Below are positions 1 to 10,587 of a DNA stretch of 64,000 bases, piece after piece. This DNA is from Geminicoccaceae bacterium (GTDB taxonomy: Bacteria > Pseudomonadota > Alphaproteobacteria > Geminicoccales > Geminicoccaceae), in NCBI GenBank assembly GCA_037446605.1, contig JBBIIE010000006.1:447-64446 (forward strand). Reading direction: 5' to 3'. How positions within the stretch are numbered: the stretch's first letter is position 1; each line of letters starts with the position of its first letter. The translations under genes were made by a program, and so were the position numbers. Below the pieces are notes generated by a model. It made no database searches, was not told the DNA's origin, and saw only the letters and a list, made by a program, of their open reading frames with translations.

Positions 1-96
1 CACGCAACCGACCGCCGGGTTGGGCCAGGCCCGACCGAGCGACCGCTCGCCGAGCGCCAGCGCCATGCGCATGAAGCGCTCGTCGTCCCCGCTCAT
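1..96 (-). CDS. ribD: RibD (riboflavin biosynthesis deaminase/reductase), N-terminal fragment running off the window
   Basis: Minus-strand ATG at 96 gives [32 protein letters not shown], a typical RibD deaminase-domain N-terminus. It has an ATGA start/stop overlap with nrdR, the usual nrdR-ribD arrangement. Only 32 codons are visible. Confidence 0.6.
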   Translation of the reverse strand, partial: MSGDDERFMRMALALGERSLGRAWPNPAVGCV

Positions 97-569
97 GCCG
101 CTGGGCCGGAGGCGGGCTCCCGCTCCGGCAGGTCGCGGATGAACTCCTCGAAGTCGCGGGCCGTGGCGAAGTCCTTGTAGACGCTCGCGAAGCGGACATA
201 GGCGACGTGGTCCAGGCGGGCCAGTTGGGCCATCGCCAGCTCGCCGATCCGGGTCGAGGGGACCTCGCCCTCGCCGCTGCGTTCGAGTTCGCGCACGATC
301 CGGTTGACGATCCGCTCGATCTGCTCCTCGTCGATGCCGCGCTTGCGGGTGGCGATGCGCAGCGAGCGGGCCAGTTTGTCACGGTCGAACGGGACCCGCC
401 GGCCGTCCTTCTTGACGACCACGAGCTCGCGCAGCTGGACCCGCTCGAGGGTGGTGAAGCGGGCGCCGCAGGCCGGGCACTGGCGCCGGCGGCGGATCAC
501 CGAGGCGTCCTCGACGGGCCGCGAATCCTTGACCTGCGTGTCGTCGGAACCGCAGAACGGGCAGCGCAT
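93..569 (-). CDS. nrdR: NrdR transcriptional repressor of ribonucleotide reductase genes
   Basis: 158-aa [20 protein letters not shown]...[10 protein letters not shown] with a zinc ribbon plus ATP-cone; the full-length NrdR signature. Confidence 0.95.
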   Translation of the reverse strand: MRCPFCGSDDTQVKDSRPVEDASVIRRRRQCPACGARFTTLERVQLRELVVVKKDGRRVPFDRDKLARSLRIATRKRGIDEEQIERIVNRIVRELERSGEGEVPSTRIGELAMAQLARLDHVAYVRFASVYKDFATARDFEEFIRDLPEREPASGPAA

Positions 570-638
570 GCGGGCTCTCGGGGGAGGGCGGGCTCGCCTG
601 CAGCTCTAGCCCAGCCGGCCCGGCCGGCAAAGCGCGGC

Positions 639-1097
639 TCAGCCGAGCTTGGCCACCCGTGGGGCATGGCGGCCGCCGGCGAAGGGCGTGTCGAGGAAGG
701 CCGCCAGGCAATCGCGGGCGATCGCCTCGCCGACGATCCGCTCGCCCAGCACCAGCACGTTGGCGTCGTTGTGCTCGCGGGCCAGCCGCGCCGTGGTCAC
801 GTCGTGGCAGAGCGCGGCCCGCAGATGGCGATGGCGGTTGGCGGCGATCGCGATCCCGATGCCGGAGCCGCAGACGAGCACGCCGCGCCGCGCCCGGCCG
901 TCGCGCAGTGCCGCGGCGAGCGCATCGGCCTGATCGGGGTAGTCGACCGCCCGGCCCGGCTCGGTCCCGAGATCGAGCACCTCGAGGCCGCGCTCGCGCA
1001 GTGCCGCGGCGAGCTTCTCCTTGAGGGTGCAGCCCGCATGGTCCGCGGCGATCGCGATCGTCTCCGGCACGTGCGTCTCCTCCACGCGACCCCACAT
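639..1097 (-). CDS. rpiB: Ribose-5-phosphate isomerase B
   Basis: IAIAADHAG...VLVCGSGIGIAIAANR...HNDANVLVLGERI is the RpiB/LacAB family pattern. The true start may be a few codons inside the ORF. Confidence 0.9.
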   Translation of the reverse strand: MWGRVEETHVPETIAIAADHAGCTLKEKLAAALRERGLEVLDLGTEPGRAVDYPDQADALAAALRDGRARRGVLVCGSGIGIAIAANRHRHLRAALCHDVTTARLAREHNDANVLVLGERIVGEAIARDCLAAFLDTPFAGGRHAPRVAKLG

Positions 1098-1161
1098 CCG
1101 GGCCGGCTTCTAGCACAGGGCAGGGCGTTGCGGCAGCGCCGGTGCACGCCTGCCGGCCGGC

Positions 1162-1944
1162 TCAGGCCTCGTCCGCCGCGCGGGTCGGGAGTTGCCAGAA
1201 GTCCGCCCGGCCGAGGCGGGCGGCGAGCGCCGCGGCGATCGCCTCCAGAAGCCGCCCACCCTTCTCGGCCGAGGCCGCCGACGGCACGCCGATCACGCCC
1301 GTGGCCGAGCGGGCGGCGATCGTCCGCCAGCGGTGCAGGCCGCCGCCCGCGCGCTCGGCCTCGGTCGCCGGGCCCTGCTGACCGGCCGGGATGCGCGCCC
1401 TGTCGACGAGCTCCGGGCGCAGCGCCAGCATCATCGAGGTCTCGGCCTCGCAGGCGTGCAGGAGCCGGTCCTGCGCCTCGAGCAGCGGCGCGATCGCCTC
1501 GGCGGCGGCGTGCCAGTAGGTCGTGTGCACGAGCACCGCATCGAGGCGCGGCTGGAGCTCGTCGACGAGGAGCTTCAAGGCGGTGTCGTTGCCGCCGTGG
1601 CCGTTGAGCAGCGCGATGCGGCCGAAGCCCGCGCGCACGATCGAGCGGCAGATCCCCTCGACGAGCCCGGCATAGGCCGGGAAGCCGAGCGTCACGGTGC
1701 CACCGAAGCCCACGTGGTGCTCGGAGATGCCGGTCCACACGACCGGCAGCACGGCCACCTTCGTGGACCCGGCGAGGGCCAGCGCGGTACGCCGGGCGAC
1801 CGCCTCGGCGAGCACGCAGTCGACCTCGACCGGAAGGTGCGGCCCGTGCTGCTCGAGCGCCGCGAGCGGCAGGATGGCGAGCGCATCCCGCCCCGCCCGT
1901 GCACGGAGTTCCTCGGCACGCAGCCGCCGCCACTCGACCTCCAT
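1162..1944 (-). CDS. Creatininase (creatinine amidohydrolase) family protein
   Basis: From internal ATG at 1944 (MEVEWRRLRAEEL...): LPLAALEQHGPHLP, ISEHH, LLNGHGGN, ACEAETS are creatininase-family metal-site motifs. The upstream 68 codons of the ORF look non-coding. Confidence 0.8.
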   Translation of the reverse strand: MEVEWRRLRAEELRARAGRDALAILPLAALEQHGPHLPVEVDCVLAEAVARRTALALAGSTKVAVLPVVWTGISEHHVGFGGTVTLGFPAYAGLVEGICRSIVRAGFGRIALLNGHGGNDTALKLLVDELQPRLDAVLVHTTYWHAAAEAIAPLLEAQDRLLHACEAETSMMLALRPELVDRARIPAGQQGPATEAERAGGGLHRWRTIAARSATGVIGVPSAASAEKGGRLLEAIAAALAARLGRADFWQLPTRAADEA

Positions 1945-2042
1945 CGTCCCCGGCCTCCCCTCGGCGCCCGTACCGGCGAGGCTAGGCGGCGGCCGGGCGG
2001 AGCGGAACGCGCCGCGGTGGCGGGCAGGGCTGCGCGCCGGGC

Positions 2043-2318
2043 TCAGTGCAGGTGGAACAGGCCGGCGGCGCGGCGGTAGCGCGGCGGGGTCAGGATCGTG
2101 GTGCGCCCGACCGTCACCGAGTGGAGCTTGCCCTCGATGTTCTTGCACCAGAAATCGAGGAAGCGGCGCAGCTCGGGATAGTCGGGAGCGAGGTCGAGAT
2201 GCTGCCAGATGAATGTCTGGAGAAGGCCCGGATGGTCCGGCATGTGGTAGACGATCTCGGCGGTGGCGAGCCGGTAGCCGTCGAGCTGGCGGGCGAGGTC
2301 GTCGTGACGTCCGGGCAT
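2043..2318 (-). CDS. Usg family protein
   Basis: From ATG 2318: MPGRHDDLARQLDGYRLATAEIVYHMPDHPGLLQTFIWQHLDLAPDYPELRRFLDFW matches my recollection of the alphaproteobacterial Usg (PF06233) family. Confidence 0.8.
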   Translation of the reverse strand: MPGRHDDLARQLDGYRLATAEIVYHMPDHPGLLQTFIWQHLDLAPDYPELRRFLDFWCKNIEGKLHSVTVGRTTILTPPRYRRAAGLFHLH

Positions 2319-2420
2319 GCGGTGGTTTCCTCCGCTGGTCGCACCCGACCCGAGAATGATGCCGCGCGAGCCGCTTCCGTCAAGCGCTCCGAGCATTACT
2401 TCGGTATGAAACTCAATGGG

Positions 2421-2447
2421 TTAGCAGCCGACCCGCGGGTCTGCTGA
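2421..2447. promoter_or_regulatory. Degenerate CIRCE-like inverted repeat upstream of the groES promoter
   Basis: TTAGCAGCC-N9-GTCTGCTGA versus CIRCE consensus TTAGCACTC-N9-GAGTGCTAA (7/9 and 6/9). The 9-nt spacer is preserved and the arms are 7/9 self-complementary. Confidence 0.3.
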
Positions 2448-2466
2448 CAGAATCCGCGCGGCCCCC

Positions 2467-2495
2467 CTTGAAGGCAGGGGGGGCGGTCTCTACAT
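2467..2495 (+). promoter_or_regulatory. Putative heat-shock/housekeeping promoter of groESL
   Basis: CTTGAA (2467-2472), a 17-nt spacer, then CTACAT (2490-2495), just upstream of CIRCE. This resembles the RpoH-type CTTGAA -35 and a pyrimidine-rich -10. Not verified. Confidence 0.35.
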
Positions 2496-2506
2496 CCGGC
2501 GCCGGT

Positions 2507-2533
2507 TTGGCACTCGCTGCCGGTGAGTGCTAA
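2507..2533. promoter_or_regulatory. CIRCE operator (HrcA binding site)
   Basis: TTGGCACTC-GCTGCCGGT-GAGTGCTAA has 17/18 matches to the CIRCE consensus with exact N9 spacing, 36 nt upstream of the groES ATG. Confidence 0.85.
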
Positions 2534-2568
2534 CAGCCGGCAGGTCAGCGAACGGGGAGCCGAGTGGC

Positions 2569-4561
<1,993 letters not shown>

Positions 4562-4590
4562 TCTTTTGCCTGATCGCTGGTGTCGAACGG

Positions 4591-4624
4591 GAGGGCCGCG
4601 GGCGACCGCGGCCCTCTTGCTTTC
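4591..4624 (+). terminator. Rho-independent terminator after groEL
   Basis: GAGGGCCGCGG-GCGA-CCGCGGCCCTC is an 11-bp perfect GC stem followed by TTGCTTTC, 30 nt after the groEL stop. Confidence 0.7.
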
Positions 4625-4643
4625 GGAGCGGGCGATCGGCGCG

Positions 4644-5606
4644 TCAGCCGGCGAAGCCGGCCGCCGGCCTGCCGAGCCCCGTGGGCGTGCCGAGGAAGGT
4701 ACCGGCCATGGTCAGGACGGTGCCGCCGAGGCCGAGCTTGAAACGGGCGAGGCCCGGAGCGCCGACCGTGTCGATCCCACCCAGATCGAGCGCCCGCACA
4801 CCCTCGTCCCTGAGCAGGGTCACCGCCCGCCAGAGCAGGAGGTGGTGGGCGCGAAGCTCCCGCCCGCGGGGGGTCGTGGCCGCGACCAGGTAGGTGGCGC
4901 AGCCGCCGTGCCGCTGCACGAGGATGCCGGCGACGGGCTCGCCCCGCTCGAGCGCCACGAGCGTCGACTGCGCCCGCGGCGCACCGGGCCAGGGCTCGGC
5001 CAGGCTCCGCACGAAGGCAGGCGGTGGCGCCCGGAACCCCACCCGCGCCCGGTGCGCCTCGCTCGCCAGGAGGAGCCACTCGAGCAGGGGGCCCTGGCGG
5101 ACGATGCGCACCTCGAGCCCCGCCTCCTCGGCGCGCACCAGCCGGTTGCGCCACTTGCCGTGCAGCTTGGCACGGAGCTGGCCCGGATCCGCCGACAGGT
5201 CGAGCCAGACGGTACTGTAGCCGGTCATCACGCGGCGCAGCCCGCAGAGCCGCTCGCCGACATGGCCGCGTTCCGGCGTCCAGAGCAGCACGGCTCGGCC
5301 CAGCCCGGCGCGCAGCCGGGCGATCAGCTCGGGCTCCAGCGCGTCGCGCAGCTCCGGGACCAGCCAGACCGGCCCGCGCATGAGGAGGACGATGCGGACC
5401 AGGCCGAGGAGCTGCCGCTCGACCAGCTGGGCGAGCGCCACCACGCTGCCGCGCCGGCGTACCGCGACGCGGCGAACCGTGTGGCCGGCCGCGGCCACGG
5501 TGCGCCCGTACCCCCAGTCCTGCTGCAGGCCGGAGCGCGGCGCCGCCGCCAGATGGGCCTGCCAGGAAGGTGCGGGCAGGCCGTCCCAGTCGAGCTCGAG
5601 GGACAC
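4644..5606 (-). CDS. GNAT/FemAB-like acetyltransferase family protein (PF13480-like)
   Basis: LHGKWRNRLVRAEEAGLEV, ATYLVAATTPRGRELRAHHLLLWRAV, FKLGLGG resemble FemAB/BioF2-like GNAT proteins. The start is set at GTG 5606 (VSLELDWDG) because upstream codons (AGA, AAA, TAT) look non-coding. ATG 5684 is an alternative. Confidence 0.6.
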   Translation of the reverse strand: MSLELDWDGLPAPSWQAHLAAAPRSGLQQDWGYGRTVAAAGHTVRRVAVRRRGSVVALAQLVERQLLGLVRIVLLMRGPVWLVPELRDALEPELIARLRAGLGRAVLLWTPERGHVGERLCGLRRVMTGYSTVWLDLSADPGQLRAKLHGKWRNRLVRAEEAGLEVRIVRQGPLLEWLLLASEAHRARVGFRAPPPAFVRSLAEPWPGAPRAQSTLVALERGEPVAGILVQRHGGCATYLVAATTPRGRELRAHHLLLWRAVTLLRDEGVRALDLGGIDTVGAPGLARFKLGLGGTVLTMAGTFLGTPTGLGRPAAGFAG

Positions 5607-5682
5607 GGTTGTCGGGTTCTTCGCTCTATGGTTGAATTTGCCCGACCGATAGCGACTCCAACCGGTGAGCGCCAGAGCCGGC

Positions 5683-5874
5683 ATGGCAACGCAGCGCCGA
5701 ATCCGCGGCCACCTCATTCCCCCGCCACGCCCCACCCGATGGGCGCTGATCTACGCCCTCGTCTATCTGGGGCTGCCGGTGGTGGGCCTGCTCGCACTGT
5801 TGGACCTCGTCCTGTATCTGGTGGTGACGGTCCTCCTCGGACGGTGCTACGGCCTCCACTGCCTGTGGGGCTGA
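5683..5874 (+). CDS. Hypothetical small membrane protein (63 aa)
   Basis: MATQRRIRGHLIPPPRPTRWALIYALVYLGLPVVGLLALLDLVLYLVVTVLLGRCYGLHCLWG has a basic N-terminus and one long hydrophobic span. Third positions are G/C-rich like real genes. No recognisable family and a weak RBS. Confidence 0.3.
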   Translation: MATQRRIRGHLIPPPRPTRWALIYALVYLGLPVVGLLALLDLVLYLVVTVLLGRCYGLHCLWG

Positions 5875-5908
5875 GCCCCATCGGGGGCGGACCGACGGCG
5901 GAGGAGCG

Positions 5909-6910
5909 ATGGCGAGCCGGCTTCCGGACGAGATGACCGCGATCCGCTGCGAGGGATACGGCCCGCCCGAGGTACTGCGGCCGGTGCGGGTGCCGGTGCC
6001 GCGCCCGGGCCGCGGCGAGATCCTGGTCGAGGTGGCGAGCGCCGGGGTCAACCGCCCGGACGTGCTGCAGCGTCGGGGCGGCTATCCGCCGCCGCCCGGC
6101 GTGACCGACATTCCCGGCCTCGAGGTGGCCGGGCGGGTCGTGGCGGTCGGACCCGGGACCGAGCGGTTCGCGGTCGGCGACCGGGTCTGCGCGCTCGTCG
6201 CCGGCGGTGGCTACGCCGAATACTGCCCGGTCCCGGAACCGCAGGCGCTGCCCCTCCCGCCGGGGGTTCCGATCGAGGTCGCCGGTGGGGTTCCGGAGAC
6301 CTGGTTCACGGTTTGGACCAACGTCGTCGAGCGGGGCCGGCTGCAGGCGGGCGAGACGTTCCTCGTGCACGGTGGCAGCTCGGGCATCGGCACGACCGCC
6401 ATCCAGCTCGCCCGGGCGCTCGGCGCGCGCGCCCTGACCACGGTCGGCAGCCCGGAGAAGGCGGAGGCCTGCCGCCGGCTCGGCGCCGAGGCCGCGATCG
6501 AGTACCGGCGCGAGGACTTCGTCGAGGCCGTGCGCCGCCTGACCGATGGCCGCGGGGTCGATCTCATCCTCGACATGGTCGGTGGCAGCTACGTGGCGCG
6601 CAATCTGGAGGCGGCAGCGGTCGAGGGGCGGATCGTGCAGATCGCCTGGCTCGAGGGCGCGCGGATCTCCGCCGACATGACCAAGCTCATGACCAAGCGG
6701 CTGACCTGGACCGGCTCGACGCTGCGCCCGCGCTCGGTCGAGCAGAAGGGGGCGATCGCCCGGGCGCTCGAGGAGCGGGTCTGGCCGCTGTTCGCGGCCG
6801 GACGCCTCGAGGTGCCGGTATACCGCACCTTTCCCCTCGCCGAGGCGGCGGCGGCGCACGCGCTCATGGAGACGAGCGCGCACATCGGCAAGATCCTGCT
6901 CCGCCCCTGA
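5909..6910 (+). CDS. NAD(P)H:quinone oxidoreductase, zinc-independent MDR (PIG3/Qor) family
   Basis: GEILVEVASAGVNRPDVLQRRGGYPPPPG...PGLEVAG...LVHGGSSGIGTTAIQLA...HIGKILL. GGAGGAG RBS before the ATG at 5909. Confidence 0.9.
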   Translation: MASRLPDEMTAIRCEGYGPPEVLRPVRVPVPRPGRGEILVEVASAGVNRPDVLQRRGGYPPPPGVTDIPGLEVAGRVVAVGPGTERFAVGDRVCALVAGGGYAEYCPVPEPQALPLPPGVPIEVAGGVPETWFTVWTNVVERGRLQAGETFLVHGGSSGIGTTAIQLARALGARALTTVGSPEKAEACRRLGAEAAIEYRREDFVEAVRRLTDGRGVDLILDMVGGSYVARNLEAAAVEGRIVQIAWLEGARISADMTKLMTKRLTWTGSTLRPRSVEQKGAIARALEERVWPLFAAGRLEVPVYRTFPLAEAAAAHALMETSAHIGKILLRP

Positions 6911-6917
6911 GGCGCGC

Positions 6918-7658
6918 TCAGTAGGGCACCGGCTCGAACGGGACCGCGCCGGGGCGGCCCTGGGCGTGCAGGAACACCGGCAGCGTGCCGGGATCGGCCG
7001 GAAGGGCGATCAGGCTCGCGGCGAGGGTGCCGTAGTCACCGTCGGAGACGATGCAGAGCGCGTCGCGCGGATCGCCGCTGGCGCTCGACCGGCTCGCCAG
7101 GAGGAGTTCCCAGCCCGACCAGTCGCCCCGATCCGGGTCGGGCGCGTCGGCCTCGAGGAACAGCGGACGGTAGCGGCGGATGCGCGGGCAGGCCGGATCG
7201 TCCGGCTCCCGCGCCGTGACCATGGTGAGACCCGGGGCGAGGCGTCGCACCCGGAGCTCGCCGTCGTCGGCATGGCGCAGATGGAAGGCGTCGCGTGCAT
7301 CCGCCACGATCAGGTTGAACGGGCGGAAGGCCCGCGGATCCAGATCGGACAGCGCCGCCGCGGCGGCTGCCGCATCGGCATGGTCGAGCGCCTCGAGCAC
7401 GAGTTCGCCACGTGAGCGGCGGCCCTCGGCGGGTCCGAGCGTGCCGACCCGGTTGAGCACCGCCGCGACCACGCCCCAGTCGTTGAGGCCGAGCCAGCTG
7501 CCGCCGGCGAGGCAGTCGAGGCCGGCGCGGACCTCGCGGCGGTCCGGCCAGTGGCGGGCCGGGGGCCGGGCCGGACGCGAGGCCAGCTCGTCGCGGTTGG
7601 CGGCGACGAGCAAGGGCCAGCGATGGCCCGGACGGTTGAGCAGGATCAGCGTGCACAT
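6918..7658 (-). CDS. NRDE (TANGO2/DUF833) family protein
   Basis: From ATG 7658: MCTLILLNRPGHRWPLLVAANRDE has the N-terminal Cys and NRDE motif characteristic of the family. Confidence 0.8.
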   Translation of the reverse strand: MCTLILLNRPGHRWPLLVAANRDELASRPARPPARHWPDRREVRAGLDCLAGGSWLGLNDWGVVAAVLNRVGTLGPAEGRRSRGELVLEALDHADAAAAAAALSDLDPRAFRPFNLIVADARDAFHLRHADDGELRVRRLAPGLTMVTAREPDDPACPRIRRYRPLFLEADAPDPDRGDWSGWELLLASRSSASGDPRDALCIVSDGDYGTLAASLIALPADPGTLPVFLHAQGRPGAVPFEPVPY

Positions 7659-7815
7659 CGTTCCGGCCCTGCGCCGGTCCACGGAGGTCGGCGGCCCGGC
7701 TCGCCCCGCGACCCGGCCCGCGGATCGCGGCGTCGGTTCGGCGCGGCACGGTGGCGGTCGGGTATCATCCCTCCTATATGATGCCCGTGCGGAGACGATC
7801 GAGGGGCGGCCGGCG

Positions 7816-8139
7816 ATGACCACCTTCAACGAGCGCGAGCGGACCGAGGAAGCCAAGTTCAAGCACGACCAGGAGCTGGCCTTCAAGGTCCGCAATCGGC
7901 GCAACAAGCTGTTCGGTCTCTGGCTCGCCCAGGAGCATCTCGGGCTCGCGGGCGACGCGGCCCTTTCCTACGCCAAGGACGTGGTGATGGCCGACTTCGA
8001 CCTGCCGGGTGACGACGACATCTTCACCAAGGTCAAGGCGGATTTGGGCAAGGCCGGCAGGAACCTGTCCGACCACCAGCTGAGGAAGCACCTCGAGGAA
8101 TGCGAGAAGATCGCCCGCGAGCAGATCATGAAGGAGTGA
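7816..8139 (+). CDS. F1Fo-ATPase inhibitor zeta subunit (DUF1476)
   Basis: MTTFNERERTEEAKFKHDQELAFKVRNRRNKLFGLW...DFDLPGDDDIF closely parallels the Paracoccus zeta subunit as I recall it. This family is specific to alphaproteobacteria. Confidence 0.85.
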   Translation: MTTFNERERTEEAKFKHDQELAFKVRNRRNKLFGLWLAQEHLGLAGDAALSYAKDVVMADFDLPGDDDIFTKVKADLGKAGRNLSDHQLRKHLEECEKIAREQIMKE

Positions 8140-8306
8140 GCCCGGGGGCGACGCCGCCGGTGCCCGCCGCGACGCCGGCATCCGCACCGCAGCCGGGCCG
8201 GTGCCCGCCGACGGAGCAGCCGCCGGGCGAGATCGGAGGGCCGCCGGGCCCCGAGCCGACCCGCTACGGCGACTGGGAGAAGGGCGGGCGCTGCAGCGAC
8301 TTCTGA
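8136..8306 (+). CDS. DUF1674 (SDHAF4-like) protein
   Basis: The C-terminal GEIGGPPGPEPTRYGDWEKGGRCSDF is the DUF1674 signature. The GTG at 8136 overlaps the stop of the preceding gene (GTGA). Confidence 0.75.
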   Translation: MSPGATPPVPAATPASAPQPGRCPPTEQPPGEIGGPPGPEPTRYGDWEKGGRCSDF

Positions 8307-8423
8307 GGCCCCTGCGCGATCGCCGCTGCTCCGCGCGCGTCGGCCCTGGTATGGCAGGGGAGCCGGCGATGCGCCCAGGGGCCGCGCCGTGTCCTGCTGT
8401 GCTCACTGGAGACCTGCCGATCC

Positions 8424-9359
8424 ATGCGGACCACCGCCGCGGCCCCGCAGGCTCCCGAGACCCCTGCCACCAGCCGGGCGTCGCTGTCGGCGCTGATCGT
8501 CGCCGTGACGATCCTCTGGGGCGCCAACTGGCCGGCGATGAAGATCGCGGTCCTGGAGCTCGAGCCCTGGACCTTCAGGGTGGTGACCGTGCTCGGTGCC
8601 GGCCTGACGCTCCTCCTGCTCGCCCGGATCACCGGCGAGCCGATCCGGATGGAGCGCCGGCTGGTCCTGCCGCACCTCGCGATCTCCCTCGCCGGGGTCA
8701 CCCTCTGGCACATGCTGACCGCCTACGGCCTGATGTTCATCGGCGGCGGTCGGGCGGCCATCATCGCCTTCACCATGCCGGTCTGGGCGACGCTGTTGTC
8801 GATCCTCTTCCTCGGGGAGCGACCGACGCCGGCCATGGGCTTGGCGCTGGCGCTCGGGATGGCGGGCCTGGCGGTGCTGATCGGTCCGGACCTGGCCCGG
8901 GTGGGCGAGGCGCCGCTGGGCGCGCTCCTGATCCTCCTCGCCGCCATCGTCTGGGCGATCCAGACCGTCGCCACCAAGGCCTATGACTGGCGGATCGGCA
9001 CCATGGCGCTCTCCGCCTGGCAGCTCCTGGCGGGTGGGGTGCCGATCCTCCTGGTGTGGTTCTGGCTCGGCGCCCCGCCCGACCCGGCGCGCCTGAGCCT
9101 CGAGGGGATCCTGGCGCTGCTCTACGTCGTGTTCGTGGCGCTCGTCTTCTGCTTCACGACGTTCCTGCGCATCGTCCGGCTCCTGCCGGCGATCGCGGCG
9201 TCGCTCAGCACCCTCGCCATCCCGGTCGTGGGGGTGGCGAGCTCGGCCTGGCTCCTGGGCGAGAGCGTCGGCCTGCGCGAGATCGCGGCACTCGTGCTGG
9301 TGCTCGCGGCGATCGGGCTCGTCCTCCTGCCGCGCGCGGTGGCCGCACGTCGCGGTTGA
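8424..9359 (+). CDS. DMT superfamily (EamA-like) transporter
   Basis: 311 aa with about 10 hydrophobic spans and two EamA-like halves ([11 protein letters not shown]...; [11 protein letters not shown]...). Confidence 0.85.
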   Translation: MRTTAAAPQAPETPATSRASLSALIVAVTILWGANWPAMKIAVLELEPWTFRVVTVLGAGLTLLLLARITGEPIRMERRLVLPHLAISLAGVTLWHMLTAYGLMFIGGGRAAIIAFTMPVWATLLSILFLGERPTPAMGLALALGMAGLAVLIGPDLARVGEAPLGALLILLAAIVWAIQTVATKAYDWRIGTMALSAWQLLAGGVPILLVWFWLGAPPDPARLSLEGILALLYVVFVALVFCFTTFLRIVRLLPAIAASLSTLAIPVVGVASSAWLLGESVGLREIAALVLVLAAIGLVLLPRAVAARRG

Positions 9360-9444
9360 GCCAGGGGCCACGCGGGCGTTTGCCGCCGCCCGGCCCTCCT
9401 CTATAACGGTCCGGACACCACACCGATCGGACCGGGGACGGGAC

Positions 9445-10506
9445 ATGGCCGAAGCCGTCGTCAGCCGCCGCGAGGGCAGCGACCGCCAGCGCGCGCTCGA
9501 CGCTGCGATCGCGCAGATCGAACGCGCCTTCGGCAAGGGCTCGCTGATGCGGCTCGGCCAGTCGGAGCGGCCGGCCGAGATCGAGACCATCTCGACCGGC
9601 TCGTTGGGCCTCGACATCGCCCTCGGTGTCGGCGGCCTGCCGCGCGGCCGCGTCGTCGAGATCTTCGGGCCGGAGAGCTCCGGCAAGACGACCCTGACGC
9701 TGCACGTCATCGCCGAGGCGCAGAAGGCCGGCGGCACCTGCGCCTTCATCGACGCCGAGCACGCGCTCGATCCGGGCTATGCCAGGAAGCTCGGCGTCGA
9801 CCTCGAAGGCCTGTTGATCTCCCAGCCCGACACCGGCGAGCAGGCGCTCGAGATCGCCGACACGCTGGTCCGCTCCGGGGCGATCGACGTGATCGTGGTC
9901 GACAGCGTGGCGGCGCTCGTGCCCAAGGCCGAGCTCGAGGGCGAGATGGGCGATTCCCTGCCCGGCCTGCAGGCCCGGCTGATGAGCCAGGCGCTCCGCA
10001 AGCTCACCGCGTCGATCAACCGCTCGAAGTGCATGCTGATCTTCACCAACCAGATCCGCAGCAAGATCGGGGTCATGTTCGGCAACCCCGAGACCACGAC
10101 CGGCGGCAACGCCCTCAAGTTCTACGCGAGCGTCCGCCTCGACGTGCGCCGGATCGGCTCCATCAAGGAGAAGGAGGAGGCGATCGGCAACCAGACCCGG
10201 GTGAAGGTGGTCAAGAACAAGGTGGCGCCGCCGTTCCGGGTGGTCGATTTCGACATCATGTACGGCGAGGGCATCTCGAAGACCGGTGAGCTGATCGACC
10301 TCGGCATGCGGGCCGGGCTCGTGGAGAAGTCGGGCTCCTGGTTCTCGTGGAACAGCCAGCGCATCGGCCAGGGGCGGGAGAACGCCAAGGCCTGGCTCAA
10401 GGAGCATCCCGAGGCGGCGGCCGAGCTCGAGCGGATGATCCGGTCGCGCGCCGGGGTCGGCGGCGGCATGTCGCTGCTCGAGGAGGACCGCACGCCGGAG
10501 GACTGA
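9445..10506 (+). CDS. recA: Recombinase RecA
   Basis: [22 protein letters not shown]...[16 protein letters not shown]...FINQIR-type motifs; canonical RecA. Confidence 0.98.
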   Translation: MAEAVVSRREGSDRQRALDAAIAQIERAFGKGSLMRLGQSERPAEIETISTGSLGLDIALGVGGLPRGRVVEIFGPESSGKTTLTLHVIAEAQKAGGTCAFIDAEHALDPGYARKLGVDLEGLLISQPDTGEQALEIADTLVRSGAIDVIVVDSVAALVPKAELEGEMGDSLPGLQARLMSQALRKLTASINRSKCMLIFTNQIRSKIGVMFGNPETTTGGNALKFYASVRLDVRRIGSIKEKEEAIGNQTRVKVVKNKVAPPFRVVDFDIMYGEGISKTGELIDLGMRAGLVEKSGSWFSWNSQRIGQGRENAKAWLKEHPEAAAELERMIRSRAGVGGGMSLLEEDRTPED

Positions 10507-10587
10507 GGGGACGTGACGCCGCCTGTACCGGCGGGGCGCGCTCCGGCAGAAGGATCAGCGGCCCGGTCGGGCCGGGGAGGACGTGAC

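Noticed and set aside
9360-9444. A search for an alphaproteobacterial LexA box (GTTC-N7-GTTC or GAAC-N7-GAAC) upstream of recA.
   Set aside because: Neither tetramer pair occurs in the 85-nt upstream region or in the end of the preceding gene. No SOS box can be supported from the sequence.
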